Assembly (NCBI GenBank): GCA_963834385.1
Contig: CAWIBO010000002.1
Span: forward strand, 768,001 to 832,000
DNA from: an uncultured Verrucomicrobiae bacterium
GTDB taxonomy: Bacteria > Verrucomicrobiota > Verrucomicrobiia > Chthoniobacterales > UBA10450
Direction of reading: 5' to 3'
Length of the DNA: 64,000 nucleotides
Shown here piece by piece: positions 1 to 12,499 of the stretch. The notes under the pieces are model-generated. The model was not told the origin of the DNA. It worked only from the letters and a program-made list of their open reading frames with translations, and did not search any database. The position numbers were made by a program, and so were the translations under genes. The stretch's first letter is position 1; every line of letters begins with the position of its first letter.

Positions 1-1690
1 TCCATCGGCAACCGCATGCTCCGGCGCCACGGCAGCGCCCTCGGTTATGCCAGCTCTTTCACCATCATGGACCGGGAAGACCAGAAGGATCTGGTCGACA
101 CCGTGGTGGCCGCGGCCGGGATCAACCCAAAGGAAGTCCGTTTCCCCAAGGGCGACGTCCTGGTCGACCTCTTCAGTTTCGCCATCAACACGGAGCGTCC
201 CATGGAGGAGTTGCTCGCGGAAAAGTTTCCCTACTTCCTGCCCCTGCTCGAGCAGATCAAGGATGTGCACGCCCGCTACGAGCGCAAAAAGAAGGCGGTC
301 GAACTCGATGGACTTCGATGATCTCCTCGAGAAAACGCTCCGGATGCTGAAGGAACATCCCCACATCGCGGAGATCTACCGGCGCCAGTTCCAGTTCATC
401 CTCGTGGACGAATACCAGGACACGAACAAGATCCAGGCCGATTTCATCGACGAGCTCGCGCGCGAGCACCGCAACCTCATGGTCGTGGGCGACGACGCGC
501 AGTCGATCTATTCGTGGCGCGGCGCCAATTTCCAGAACATCCTCGAGTTCCCGCAGCGCTATCCCGGGGCGCAGGTTTTCAAGATCGAGCTGAATTACCG
601 GAGCGTGCCCGAGATCCTCGAGGTGGCCAACGCCGCCATCGCGCCCAACGTCCGCCAGTTTCGCAAGCAGCTCAGCGCCACCCGCCCCACCCGCGAGATC
701 AAACCCGCCCTCGTCGCCCTGCAGGACGGCAGCGAGCAGGCGCAGTTCGTGGCCCAGCGCATCCTCGAGATGCGCGACGAAGGCGTCGATCTCAACGACA
801 TCGCGGTGCTCTATCGCGCCCACTATCACGCCGTCGACCTCCAGCTCGAGTTCTCCCGGCGCGGCATTCCCTACCAGATCACCAGCGGCATTCGCTTTTT
901 CGAGCAGGCCCACGTCAAGGACGTGGCCGCTTTTGTCCGTTTCGTGGCCAACCCGCGCGATGAGGTCGCCTTCAAACGCATGGTCAGGCTCCTGCCCGGG
1001 GTGGGGAACAAGGGCGCCGACAACCTCTGGCGCGGCTGGGAGAAAAAACTCGAGGAAAACGCGGCCGTGACCGATTTTGGCGACCGTTTGCGCAGCCTCG
1101 GCGTCGGCGCCCGCAGCCGCAAATCCTGGGAACAACTGGCGCACACCCTCGACGAGATCGCGCCCGGCGGCACGCCCACCTCCCCCGCGGAGATGATCAC
1201 CTCCATCGTGGAAGCGGTTTACGACGATTACGCCAAGGCCAATTTCAGCAACTACGAGCTCCGGCGCGAAGACCTGAACCAGCTCGCCGCCTTCGCCCGC
1301 CAGTTCCGCGATGTGAACGAATTTCTCTCCCAGCTCGCGCTTATCAGCAACGTCGACGCCGAGCCGGCTGCGAACGCCGGCGGCGAGACCGAGGCGGTCA
1401 ACCTTTCCTCCGTCCACCAGGCCAAGGGCCTGGAATACCACGCCGTCTTCGTCATCTGGCTGACCGACGGCATGTTCCCAAGCAGCCGTTCACTCGAGAC
1501 GCGCGACGCCCTCGAGGAGGAACGCCGCCTCTTTTATGTCGCCGTCACCCGCGCCCGCGACGAACTCTACCTGACCTACCCGCACCTTCGCCTGAACGCC
1601 GGCTATGGCGACATGTTCCAGCGCCCCTCGCGTTTCCTGAAGGAAATCCCCACCGACCTCCTCGAAGACTGGCAAATCAATAAGAAATGA
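1..1690 (+). CDS. ATP-dependent DNA helicase, UvrD/PcrA family (5' truncated by window edge; apparent +1 frameshift near 298)
   Basis: SF1A motifs ILVDEYQDTN, VVGDDAQSIYSWRGA, LELNYRS, SVHQAKGLE and EERRLFYVAVTRA. The N-terminal part is in the frame of ORF 16..321 and the rest in ORF 47..1690. Confidence 0.93.
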   Translation, partial: PSATACSGATAAPSVMPALSPSWTGKTRRIWSTPWWPRPGSTQRKSVSPRATSWSTSSVSPSTRSVPWRSCSRKSFPTSCPCSSRSRMCTPATSAKRRRSNSMDFDDLLEKTLRMLKEHPHIAEIYRRQFQFILVDEYQDTNKIQADFIDELAREHRNLMVVGDDAQSIYSWRGANFQNILEFPQRYPGAQVFKIELNYRSVPEILEVANAAIAPNVRQFRKQLSATRPTREIKPALVALQDGSEQAQFVAQRILEMRDEGVDLNDIAVLYRAHYHAVDLQLEFSRRGIPYQITSGIRFFEQAHVKDVAAFVRFVANPRDEVAFKRMVRLLPGVGNKGADNLWRGWEKKLEENAAVTDFGDRLRSLGVGARSRKSWEQLAHTLDEIAPGGTPTSPAEMITSIVEAVYDDYAKANFSNYELRREDLNQLAAFARQFRDVNEFLSQLALISNVDAEPAANAGGETEAVNLSSVHQAKGLEYHAVFVIWLTDGMFPSSRSLETRDALEEERRLFYVAVTRARDELYLTYPHLRLNAGYGDMFQRPSRFLKEIPTDLLEDWQINKK

Positions 1691-1809
1691 CGAAGGAGCG
1701 AATGACGAAGTCCGAAGGAAGGACGAATGCCGAAGGCGCAAAGTCCGCCCTTTTCTCCTTGGTCCTTTGATAATTATTTCGTCATTTGTCATTCGTCAGT
1801 CGTCATTTT
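1685..1809. repeat. Inverted pair of ~7-nt tandem repeat arrays (AATGACG-like / CGTCATT-like)
   Basis: aaatgacgaa..aatgacgaa..gacgaatgccgaa at 1685-1735 mirrors ttcgtcatttgtcattcgtcagtcgtcatttt at 1778-1809. Confidence 0.7.
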
Positions 1810-1813
1810 CTCC

Positions 1814-3520
1814 GTGAACCTTTCTCCCGATAACCGCATCGCCGGCGTTCTTACGCCGCTTTTTGCCCTGCGCACCCCGAACGATCTCGGGATCGGCGAC
1901 GTCAACGCTCTGCGCCAGTTCATCGATTGGGCCGCCGGCATCGGTTTCCGGCTCGTGCAGTTGCTCCCGATCAACGAGACCGGGGGCGACAACAGCCCCT
2001 ACAACGCCATCAGCTCCGTCGCGCTCGAGCCCACCACCCTTTATCTCGCGCCCAACTCGCCCGAGGACCTTTCCCCTGAGGCCTATCACGAGATCGTCGA
2101 CCAGGTCGATCTCGCCGCCCTCCGCAAGGGCGATGTCAATTATCCCGCGGTGCGCGCCTTGAAACGCCAGCTCCTCGAACGCGCTTTTGTCGCCTTCTCC
2201 GAGCGCGCCCAGCACGACGCCCTTCACGTCCGGCTTTTCGAGGAGTTTTGCCTCACAGAATCCGGCTGGCTGGAGGACTACGTTTTCTTTCGCGCCCTCA
2301 TGGAGGAGAACAACGGGAGCGAGGCCTGGGACGAATGGCCGGAGGACCGGCGCGAGATGGGGGCGGCCCGCGCCTGGTATCGCGCCCTTGCCCCCGCCGC
2401 CCGCGCCCTTTTCGACCGGCGCCTGCAATTCTTCCGTTATGTACAATGGATCGCCCACGGGCAATGGGCCGCGCTCAAGCATTACGCCCAGGACCGCAAC
2501 GTCGCTCTCATGGGCGACATCCCCTTTGGCGTCAGCTATTACAGCGCCGACGTCTACGCCGGTCCCGACCGCTTCCTTCTGGATTGGTCGGGCGGCGCTC
2601 CGCCGGAGCCCTATTTCAAGGACGACGCCTTTACCCAGAAATGGGGGCAGAACTGGGGCATCCCGCTCTATAACTGGCCGAAGATGCGCGAGCGCGGTTT
2701 CCGCTGGTGGCGCCAGCGTATCCGCGGCGTGAAAAACAGTTTCCATGTCTTCCGCATCGATCACGTCCTCGGTTTCTACCGCATCTACGCTTTCCCCTGG
2801 CGGCCCCGGCACAACCCCGACTTTCTGCCGCTGACCTGGGAGGAGATGACCGCGCGCACCGAGGGGCGCATCCCGCATTTCGCGCCGCGCGACGATGGCA
2901 ATCCGGAGAACGCCGAACTGAACCGCCGTGAAGGCGAGGAATATCTGCGCGTTGTCCTCGAGGAAGCTGGCGCCACCCGCCTTGTCGGCGAGGATCTCGG
3001 CACCGTCCCGCCTTACGTCCGCCCGAACCTCACGGCGCTCGACATTGCCGGGTTCAAGATTCCCCAGTGGGAAACGCATCAGGACGGCCGGGTCGTGCCC
3101 GGGAACGAATATCAGCGCCTCTCCCTTGCCACCTACGCCACCCACGATCACAAGCCGATCCGGGCCCTCTGGCACGAAGCGTTCGAGGTGGAAACCGCCA
3201 CCACCGCGCAGGCGCGCGAGGATCTGAACCGGATCGCGCAATTCGCCGGCATCTCCGGCCTGAGCCAGCCGCCCGATTTCGACCGCGATTTTTACCCGGC
3301 CATCATGCGCGCCCTTATGCAGTGCAACTCCTGGATCAGCGTCCTCATGATCACCGACCTGCTCGGGCGCCGCGATCGTTTCAACGTCCCGGGGACCGCC
3401 ACCGCATCCAACTGGACCCGGCGCCTCCACCTGACCGTCCCGCAGCTGCGGACCAATCGCACGGTCCATCGCCACACCCGTCTCCTCCAGCAGTTGCTCG
3501 AGGAAACCGATCGTCTCTAG
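1814..3520 (+). CDS. malQ: 4-alpha-glucanotransferase (amylomaltase, GH77)
   Basis: Motifs QLLPIN..SPY, GDIPFGV, GAPP..GQNWGIP, FRIDHVLGF, GEDLG and ATHDH. Likely GTG start at 1814. Confidence 0.92.
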   Translation: MNLSPDNRIAGVLTPLFALRTPNDLGIGDVNALRQFIDWAAGIGFRLVQLLPINETGGDNSPYNAISSVALEPTTLYLAPNSPEDLSPEAYHEIVDQVDLAALRKGDVNYPAVRALKRQLLERAFVAFSERAQHDALHVRLFEEFCLTESGWLEDYVFFRALMEENNGSEAWDEWPEDRREMGAARAWYRALAPAARALFDRRLQFFRYVQWIAHGQWAALKHYAQDRNVALMGDIPFGVSYYSADVYAGPDRFLLDWSGGAPPEPYFKDDAFTQKWGQNWGIPLYNWPKMRERGFRWWRQRIRGVKNSFHVFRIDHVLGFYRIYAFPWRPRHNPDFLPLTWEEMTARTEGRIPHFAPRDDGNPENAELNRREGEEYLRVVLEEAGATRLVGEDLGTVPPYVRPNLTALDIAGFKIPQWETHQDGRVVPGNEYQRLSLATYATHDHKPIRALWHEAFEVETATTAQAREDLNRIAQFAGISGLSQPPDFDRDFYPAIMRALMQCNSWISVLMITDLLGRRDRFNVPGTATASNWTRRLHLTVPQLRTNRTVHRHTRLLQQLLEETDRL

Positions 3521-3537
3521 CCGCCGGAAGAAGTTGA

Positions 3538-4555
<1,018 letters not shown>

Positions 4556-4560
4556 CTCTC

Positions 4561-4968
4561 ATGCGCTCCCTCGCCTTCTGCTTTGCCGCCCTTTGTCTCC
4601 TGGCCTGGTCAGCCCCGGCCGCGGAACCGGTCGCGCGCAAACAGTTCATCATCATGCTCAAGCTGAACGACCGGCTCGCCGGCGCCCCGGAGAGCGCCTG
4701 GACGCCGGAGGATAACGCCGCGGTGCAGGCCCATTTCGAGCGCCTGAAAAAACTAACCGAGGCGGGCGAAGTCATCGTCGCCGGCCGGACCCTGAACGAG
4801 GAGGCCACCGCGTTCGGCATCATCGTGGTCGAAGTTGCGGACGAAAAACGGGCCCGCGAAATCATGACCGGCGATCCCGCCGTCCAGGCCGGCGTCATGA
4901 AAGCCGAGCTCTTCCCCTTTTACACGGCCCTGCTGCGCGAAAAATCGAATCAGGGACGCAGGAACTGA
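4561..4968 (+). CDS. YciI family protein with N-terminal signal peptide
   Basis: H-x-x-x-L..AGR..GIIVV..A..DPAV pattern typical of YciI; hydrophobic N-terminus. Confidence 0.75.
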   Translation: MRSLAFCFAALCLLAWSAPAAEPVARKQFIIMLKLNDRLAGAPESAWTPEDNAAVQAHFERLKKLTEAGEVIVAGRTLNEEATAFGIIVVEVADEKRAREIMTGDPAVQAGVMKAELFPFYTALLREKSNQGRRN

Positions 4969-5026
4969 GGAAAAAGGCCGGGCAGGCGAACATTCCGTTC
5001 GTCTTCCTGCTTTCCCAGGACGATCT

Positions 5027-5147
5027 CAGGCTCGACGGAGTCTCGCCCTACCAAGGGGGCGGCGGAGGTGAAATGGTGAATGGCGGGAGCGCAGCGGAAT
5101 GCGCCCACTCCTACTCGTGCTCTTACTCGTACTCGTAACGTAATCTC
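5027..5147. repeat. Composite intergenic repeat: GTAG-type REP arm plus heptamer- and hexamer-like tandem units
   Basis: caggctcgacggagtctcgccctacc at 5027-5052 recurs at 52482, at 60317 (one mismatch) and inverted at 52350. It is followed by ggtgaaatggtgaatgg and ctactcgtgctcttactcgtactcgtaacgtaatctc. Confidence 0.8.
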
Positions 5148-5155
5148 CCCTCCCC

Positions 5156-6046
5156 CTAAGCCCCCAAAACCTCTTCCCCGGTCAAACGCCGAAACGCTTC
5201 CCGGTATTTCGCTGAGGTCTTCTCGATGATCTCCGTCGGCAGCGTCGGCCCGGGCGCGGTCTTGTCCCAGTCGAGCGTCTCGAGGTAATCGCGCACAAAC
5301 TGCTTGTCGAAGCTGGGCGGGCTCTGCCCGGCCACATACCGGTCGGCCGGCCAGAAACGCGAGGAATCGGGCGTCAGACATTCGTCGATGAGCAGCAGTT
5401 CCCCGTCGCGCAGGCCAAACTCGAACTTGGTGTCGGCCACGATAATGCCGCACTCCGCCGCGTGGACCCGCCCCGCCTCGTAAATCCGCAAACTCTTCTC
5501 GCGCGCCTCGGCCGCCACTTTTTCGCCCACGATCGCGCAGGCCTGCTCCCAGTCGATGTTCAAATCGTGGCCCGACTCGCTCTTTGTCGCCGGCGAAAAA
5601 ATCGGCTCGGGCAGCCGCGCCGCCAGGGTTAACCCGGCCGGCAGCCGGTGCCCGCAGACCGCGCCGGATTCCTGGTAATCCTTCCAGCCGGACCCGGCCA
5701 GGTAACCGCGCACCACGCATTCAATCGCCAGCGGTTCGGTTTTTCGCACCAGCATCGAGCGGCCCTCCAGCATCTCGCGAAACGGTTGCAAGCGGGCGGG
5801 AAAATCGGTCCAGCGCTCGCTCAGCAGATGGTTCTTCAGGAAATCGAACTTCCGGAACCAAAAGGCCGAGATCTGGTTCAAGACCGCGCCTTTCCCCGGA
5901 ATCGGGTCGGGCAGGATAACGTCAAAGGCGGAAAGCCGGTCGGTCGCGACAAAGAGCAGCTCGTCCCCGAGATCGAAGACCTCACGCACCTTGCCGCTGC
6001 GCAGCTTCGGGATTCCCGGAAGTTCGATCGCGGAAAGCGGCGCCAT
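5156..6046 (-). CDS. purC: Phosphoribosylaminoimidazole-succinocarboxamide synthase
   Basis: Motifs SGKVREV, ATDRLSAFD, ECVVRGYLAGSG, ADTKFEFG, DECLTPDSSRFW and SFDKQFVRDYL. Confidence 0.96.
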   Translation of the reverse strand: MAPLSAIELPGIPKLRSGKVREVFDLGDELLFVATDRLSAFDVILPDPIPGKGAVLNQISAFWFRKFDFLKNHLLSERWTDFPARLQPFREMLEGRSMLVRKTEPLAIECVVRGYLAGSGWKDYQESGAVCGHRLPAGLTLAARLPEPIFSPATKSESGHDLNIDWEQACAIVGEKVAAEAREKSLRIYEAGRVHAAECGIIVADTKFEFGLRDGELLLIDECLTPDSSRFWPADRYVAGQSPPSFDKQFVRDYLETLDWDKTAPGPTLPTEIIEKTSAKYREAFRRLTGEEVLGA

Positions 6047-6138
6047 GCCGGCAAAGGTGAGGCTTTTCCGGCCGCTCGTCGAGTCCGGCCAAAGTTTCTC
6101 CATTCCCAAACCGCCCTTCCGCATCCACCCTTCCCTGC

Positions 6139-7308
6139 ATGGGCGGTCTCGTCGTCAAACCTCGCGCGCGCATCCTGCATGGGCACGACTGGGTCTATAG
6201 CAGCGAGATCCTGAAAGTTTTTGGCGCGCCCGCCGATGGCGACGTCATCTCGCTCAAGGATGGACGCGATCATCTTCTCGGCAGCGCCATCTACAACAGC
6301 AAATCGCAAATCACGGCCCGCCGTTTTTCCCGCCGCAAACAGGGGCTCGATGCCGATTTTTTCCAGCGGCGCCTGGCCCAGGCCCGCGAATATCGGGAAC
6401 GGCGCGGGCTGAACCTGGCTCTTTGCCGCCTGGTCTGGAGCGAAAGCGACGGTTTGCCGGGCGTGATCGTTGATCGTTACGGCGACGTCTTCGTTTTGCA
6501 GACGCTCACCCTCGCAATGGACCAGCGGAAGGATCTCATCGTCGAAGCCCTGCGCGAGACGTTCAGCGCCGAAACCATCATCGAGCGGAACGATGCCCCG
6601 GTGCGCAAACTGGAGGGGCTCGAATTGCAAAGCGGCCTTCTCGCCGGCGCCGCTCCCGGCGTCGCGGAGTTCGAGCTGGCCGGGGTGACCTTCGCCGTCG
6701 ATCTGCTCCAGGCGCAAAAGACCGGTTTTTACCTCGACCAGGCGCCCCATTACCCGGCGGTCGCCCGGCACGCCAAGGGCCGGCGCGTGCTCGATTGTTT
6801 CAGCAACCAGGGCGCCTTTGCCCTCGCCTGCGCCGCCGCCGGCGCCGCGGATGTGACTGCGGTGGAAGCGAGCGGCGAAGGCCTGGCCGCCGCGCAGGAA
6901 CACGCTTCCCGCAACCAGCTCACCGTGCGCTGGGAGGAACGCGACGTTTTCCAGTTTCTCCGGGGCGCGGCCCGGGCCGGCGCGGAGTTTGACCTGATCA
7001 TTCTCGATCCTCCCTCGTTCACCAAGGCGAAAGGCGGCCTCAAGGATGCCATCCGTGGCTACCGCGAACTTCACCTGCGCGCCTTCCAGCTTCTCGCGAA
7101 GGACGGATTGCTCGCCACTTTTTCCTGTTCGCATCACGTCGGCCACGAAGTCTTCGGCGACCTGATCCGGGACGCCCTCGTCGATGCGCGCCGCTCCGCC
7201 CGCCGTCTCGAACGCTTTGACCAGGCGCCCGATCATCCCGTGCTCCCGACCATTCCCGAGACGGAATATTTCAAGGGCTGGTTGCTCGAAATGATGCCGG
7301 GACGTTGA
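6139..7308 (+). CDS. Class I SAM-dependent rRNA methyltransferase, RlmI-like
   Basis: PUA-like N-terminus (GHDWVY), SESDGLPGVIVDRYG, QKTGFYLDQ, VLDCFS..GAF, DPPSF and TFSCS. Confidence 0.88.
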   Translation: MGGLVVKPRARILHGHDWVYSSEILKVFGAPADGDVISLKDGRDHLLGSAIYNSKSQITARRFSRRKQGLDADFFQRRLAQAREYRERRGLNLALCRLVWSESDGLPGVIVDRYGDVFVLQTLTLAMDQRKDLIVEALRETFSAETIIERNDAPVRKLEGLELQSGLLAGAAPGVAEFELAGVTFAVDLLQAQKTGFYLDQAPHYPAVARHAKGRRVLDCFSNQGAFALACAAAGAADVTAVEASGEGLAAAQEHASRNQLTVRWEERDVFQFLRGAARAGAEFDLIILDPPSFTKAKGGLKDAIRGYRELHLRAFQLLAKDGLLATFSCSHHVGHEVFGDLIRDALVDARRSARRLERFDQAPDHPVLPTIPETEYFKGWLLEMMPGR

Positions 7309-7416
7309 ACCCGCCGCGCGTTTCGCGCACGAAAGTTGTCTCGTAAAATTGGTGGATTTATCGAACCCGGTCGTTACTATCCTCGCAGCGGACGCCGCCG
7401 ATGATGCAGGAAACAA

Positions 7417-8076
7417 ATGCAGCGCGGTCGTTCGCGTTTCCTTGCCATGCCTGAACGAATCCGCCCGATCGAACAAATGCTGGAACTAAGCGACGAAGAC
7501 CGCATGTCGCCCGAGCTGCTCGATTCCCAGGTGCAGAAGGCCCGTCTCCAGCTCGAGGAACTGAAATCCCAGCAGGAGCAGATCGAGAAACAAAAGCGTG
7601 AGCTTGAGGAACTGAGCCGGCGCCAGGTGGAACTCGAGAAGGGGCGCGCCGACCTGACGGACAAGCTGACCCGCTCGCTCGTGGTCCTCGAACGCGAAGG
7701 TTACAACACGCAAACGAAACTCGAGCAGATCAAGGCCACCCACGAAAGCTTTACCCAGCACCTGCATCTCCTCGAGAACATCGATCCCAAATCGTGGAAC
7801 CCGTCGGACCTGCACAAGGAACTCTCGCGCGCGCTCAGCACGGTGGACGATGCCCGGGCCGAGTTCAGCCAGCAGCGCAGCCGGCTCCAGGCCGCCGGCG
7901 GGCACGAGGAAGAGGGCGACGTCGCCCTGCCGGAAGTGGCTCCCGAGGCGGAAGGCTTCGGCGGCAACTCTTTCATGCACTGGATGCAGATCGGTCTCGC
8001 CCTCTCGCTCCCGCTCATCACTTTCGGTTTCATCGCGCTCGCGATCTATCTCTGGATGGCTTCCACCACTCCCTGA
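7417..8076 (+). CDS. Hypothetical coiled-coil protein with C-terminal transmembrane anchor (start could be 7447 or 7477)
   Basis: Q/E/L/K-rich heptads; C-terminal IGLALSLPLITFGFIALAIYLWM; codon usage matches neighbours. Confidence 0.7.
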   Translation: MQRGRSRFLAMPERIRPIEQMLELSDEDRMSPELLDSQVQKARLQLEELKSQQEQIEKQKRELEELSRRQVELEKGRADLTDKLTRSLVVLEREGYNTQTKLEQIKATHESFTQHLHLLENIDPKSWNPSDLHKELSRALSTVDDARAEFSQQRSRLQAAGGHEEEGDVALPEVAPEAEGFGGNSFMHWMQIGLALSLPLITFGFIALAIYLWMASTTP

Positions 8077-8082
8077 TCGCTC

Positions 8083-8445
8083 ATGCGTCGCCGGGCCGCG
8101 AAATCAGCCACCCCGCTTAACCAGCAGCAGCAGGATCTCGCCCGCCGCGCCGATGCCCTGCGCGACGAGATGCAGAAGCTCCAGCGCATGATCGAGGAGG
8201 CGCCCCGCCTCGCGCAGGAACAACAGCGGCGCCAGCGCGAAGAACTCCTCGAACGGGCCAGCGCCGGCGGTCGCCGCCTCGACGTCTCCCTTACCCCGCA
8301 GGACAAACGTTACGATAGCGACTGGGCCGCCCCCCGCCGCGGCTCGCTCCGCAAGGAACGGCGCGAAGGTCGCGTTCTCTTTCTTGTCCTTGCCCTCGCC
8401 CTCGCCGCCCTGGTCATCTGGCTTCTGACTCATTTCCGGTTCTGA
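8083..8445 (+). CDS. Hypothetical coiled-coil protein with C-terminal transmembrane helix
   Basis: Starts 7 nt after the previous stop; ends in VLFLVLALALAALVIWLL. Confidence 0.7.
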   Translation: MRRRAAKSATPLNQQQQDLARRADALRDEMQKLQRMIEEAPRLAQEQQRRQREELLERASAGGRRLDVSLTPQDKRYDSDWAAPRRGSLRKERREGRVLFLVLALALAALVIWLLTHFRF

Positions 8446-8460
8446 ACCGGCCGCGCTGCC

Positions 8461-8744
8461 GTGAAAGCCGAAGATCTCAACATCGCGCACGTCGCCCATC
8501 TCGCGCGCCTCGAACTTTCCCCGGAAGAGGCCGCCGCTTTCCAGGCGCAGCTCCAGAAAGTCCTCCATTACGCGGCGCGGCTCGATGAGGTCGATGTCGC
8601 GACGGTCGCGCCCACCGCCGAGGCCCATTCACTTTTCAATGTCGTCCGGCCTGATGAATCCCGGCCCGGTTTATCCCCGGAGGAAGCGCTCGGCCAGGCG
8701 CCCAAGCACGACGATCACCTTTTCCTTGTCCCGAAGGTGGTGGA

Positions 8745-8748
<4 letters not shown>
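8461..8748 (+). CDS. gatC: Asp-tRNA(Asn)/Glu-tRNA(Gln) amidotransferase subunit C
   Basis: [11 protein letters not shown]-terminus and FLVPKVVE C-terminus; overlaps the gatA start (ATGA). Confidence 0.93.
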
Positions 8749-10220
<1,472 letters not shown>

Positions 10221-10224
<4 letters not shown>

Positions 10225-10941
10225 CCGTTCGCAGCCAAGCCGTTTCCGCAGTCGTCGCCCGACCGCGCCGAACCATTGCCAGGCGAAGAGCAGCGCGACT
10301 TTGAAGCTCATCTTGGAGGAACCGCGTTCCCGGTCGCGAAAGGCGATCGGAATCTCGCGCACCCGCAGACGCCCCTCCGCCTCGAGCAGGATCTGGAAGA
10401 CCGCCTTGAACCCCGAGCCGTCGGGCGCGAACTCAAGCAAGCGTTCCCGCCAGATGGCGAAAAAGCCCGAGCCGGAATCGTGCACCGACGTCAGCGGATA
10501 GGAAACTAGTCCCCCCGCGCGCGACATGATCCGCCGCCAGAGCGGCCAGCCCGGCGTGGTCCCGCCGGGAACATAACGGCTCCCGATGACGAGGTCCGCT
10601 TCCCCGCGCAGAATCGGTCCGACCAGTTCCGGCAGCTTTTCGGGCGGATGACTCAGGTCGGCGTCCATCAGGGCCACGATCTGGCCGGTCGCCGCGCGCG
10701 CTCCCGCCACCACCGCCCCGGCCAGGCCAAGCGTGGGCTGGTCGCGCGCCACCAGTCGCACCGGCACGGAAGCCACCAGGCTGCGGACCCGTTCGCGCGT
10801 CCCATCGCGCGACCCGTCATCCACAAAGACGATCTCGTGCAGCGGCGCGCCGGTGGCGAGAACGCGGCGCAGAAGCGGCTCCACGTTTTCCGCCTCGTTC
10901 AGGGTCGGGACGACAAGTGAAACGGTGGCCCCGGCGCTCAT
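10221..10941 (-). CDS. Polyprenol-monophosphomannose synthase-like GT2 glycosyltransferase (3' end inferred; as written the ORF runs to 9934)
   Basis: Motifs VVPTLNEAENV, VDDGSRDGT, MDADLSHPP, GSRYVPGG, DSGSGFF and FRDRERGSSK. One extra base would put the stop at the TAG overlapping the gatA stop. Confidence 0.85.
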
Positions 10942-11725
10942 GCCTGCGCCGCTCGCGACGCCTTGTGCCTGTTCCAGATGGCATCCAGCTCGGCCAACCC
11001 GGCTTCCCCCAGCGTTCCCCCTTCTTCCGCCAGCGTCTTTTCCATCTCGGCAAAGCGCCGGACAAATTTGTCGGTCGCCGCCTGGAGGACCGCCTCGGCC
11101 TCGAGCCCGCTTTTGCGCGCCAGATTGACCACGGCAAAAAGAAGATCGCCAATCTCTTCCGCGACCGCGCCGGGCTCGCCCGCCGTCAGGGCTTCCTTCG
11201 TCTCCGCCAGTTCCTCGTCCACCTTCGCCATCACCCCGTCGAGGTCCGGCCAGTCGAACTGGACGCGCGCCGCCTTGGCCTGCGCCTTTTGCGCCCGCAT
11301 CAGGGCGGGCAACGCCGCCGGGCAGGCCGCCGAGAAAACCGCCCGGCCCGCTCTTTTTTTCCTTCAGCTTGATCTGTTCCCATTGGCGCAGCACGGACTT
11401 CGAGTCAGCCGCGTCGCTCTCCGCGAAGACGTGCGGATGCCGCCGGACGAGCTTGTCGGTGATCTCCCGCATGACCTCATCAAGGGTGAACCGTTTTTCC
11501 TCCGCGGCGATCTGGGCGTGCATGAGCACAACCAGCAGCAGGTCGCCCAGTTCCTCGCGCAGGTTCGGGTCGTCCCCGGCACGCGACGGCGCTGACCACC
11601 TCGTAGGTTTCCTCGAGGAGCGCGCCGAGGAGCGAAGCATTGGTCTGCTCGCGGTCCCACGGACAACCCTCCGGCGAGCGGAGATGGGCCACCACCTCGC
11701 GCAGTTTGTGAAAAGCGTCGCTCAC
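10938..11725 (-). CDS. mazG: Nucleoside triphosphate pyrophosphohydrolase MazG (two apparent +1 frameshifts, near 11585 and 11325)
   Basis: LRSPEGCPWDREQT..EETYEV, EELGDLLL..KLVRRHPHVF and PALMRAQK..EEIGDLLF..KFVRRF are spread over three frames. Confidence 0.9.
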
Positions 11726-12441
11726 AAACGCCAGAGCGAACGGTGGGTGCCGAACTCGGAGATCTCGCCGGTGGTCTTTTTCCCGACGTAAATCGCGATG
11801 GCGATGACCGAGGCGAGGGTGCCGAGCAGGATCAGGCCGACGAGCCAGCTCGGGATCTGGCCAACGCGGAGAGCCTGGTAAAAGCCGGCCACGTTCTCGA
11901 CCGGCGCGCCGGCGTGCAGGAAAATCTTGGTGATCCACGCCACCATGATGAGGATGAAAATGAAAACGTAATTTCTTTTCAAACGGCGCCCAACCGCCTC
12001 CAGCTTGGAGATCTTGAACGAGGGCAGGATCAGATCCTCGCAGACCAGCTTTTTCCATTCGCCCTGCAACATTTGCCGATTCTCCATCACCATGGGGACG
12101 AGGAAATGGGCCTCGAGCATGCGGACGCGGGCGCGGAAAGCATCGTAAAAGCGGTAGCGCCGGGCCTCGATCCAGAGCATGGCCCAGACGATCGCGATGT
12201 TGAAAAAGAAGATGATGTGCGGGACGTCGCGGGTGGAGAACGCGATCGTGATGATGGCCGTGCTGCTGGTGATGGCCCAGTTGGTGGTGATGTCGAGGCG
12301 CTGCCGCCAGACCATGATGCGCCCCAGTTCGCCCCGGTAAAAGTGCGACATGGCGTTGACGTAGCCCGGGTCGTAAATGCTGCGCTGAAGGGAGACGGTC
12401 GTCTCCTCGTTCGCGTGCTGGATGTCGTTTTCTGTTGCCAC
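11722..12441 (-). CDS. DUF2270-like integral membrane protein
   Basis: Motifs HFYRGE..WRQRLD.TTNWAI, EARRYRFYD..RAR.R.LE and RRL.RNY; four hydrophobic segments. Confidence 0.8.
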   Translation of the reverse strand: MATENDIQHANEETTVSLQRSIYDPGYVNAMSHFYRGELGRIMVWRQRLDITTNWAITSSTAIITIAFSTRDVPHIIFFFNIAIVWAMLWIEARRYRFYDAFRARVRMLEAHFLVPMVMENRQMLQGEWKKLVCEDLILPSFKISKLEAVGRRLKRNYVFIFILIMVAWITKIFLHAGAPVENVAGFYQALRVGQIPSWLVGLILLGTLASVIAIAIYVGKKTTGEISEFGTHRSLWRL

Positions 12442-12499
12442 GGGTAGCGCGCTAATTGGATAACTGCGTTTCGGCCGGATTCCAAGCAATCCCGCGCGC

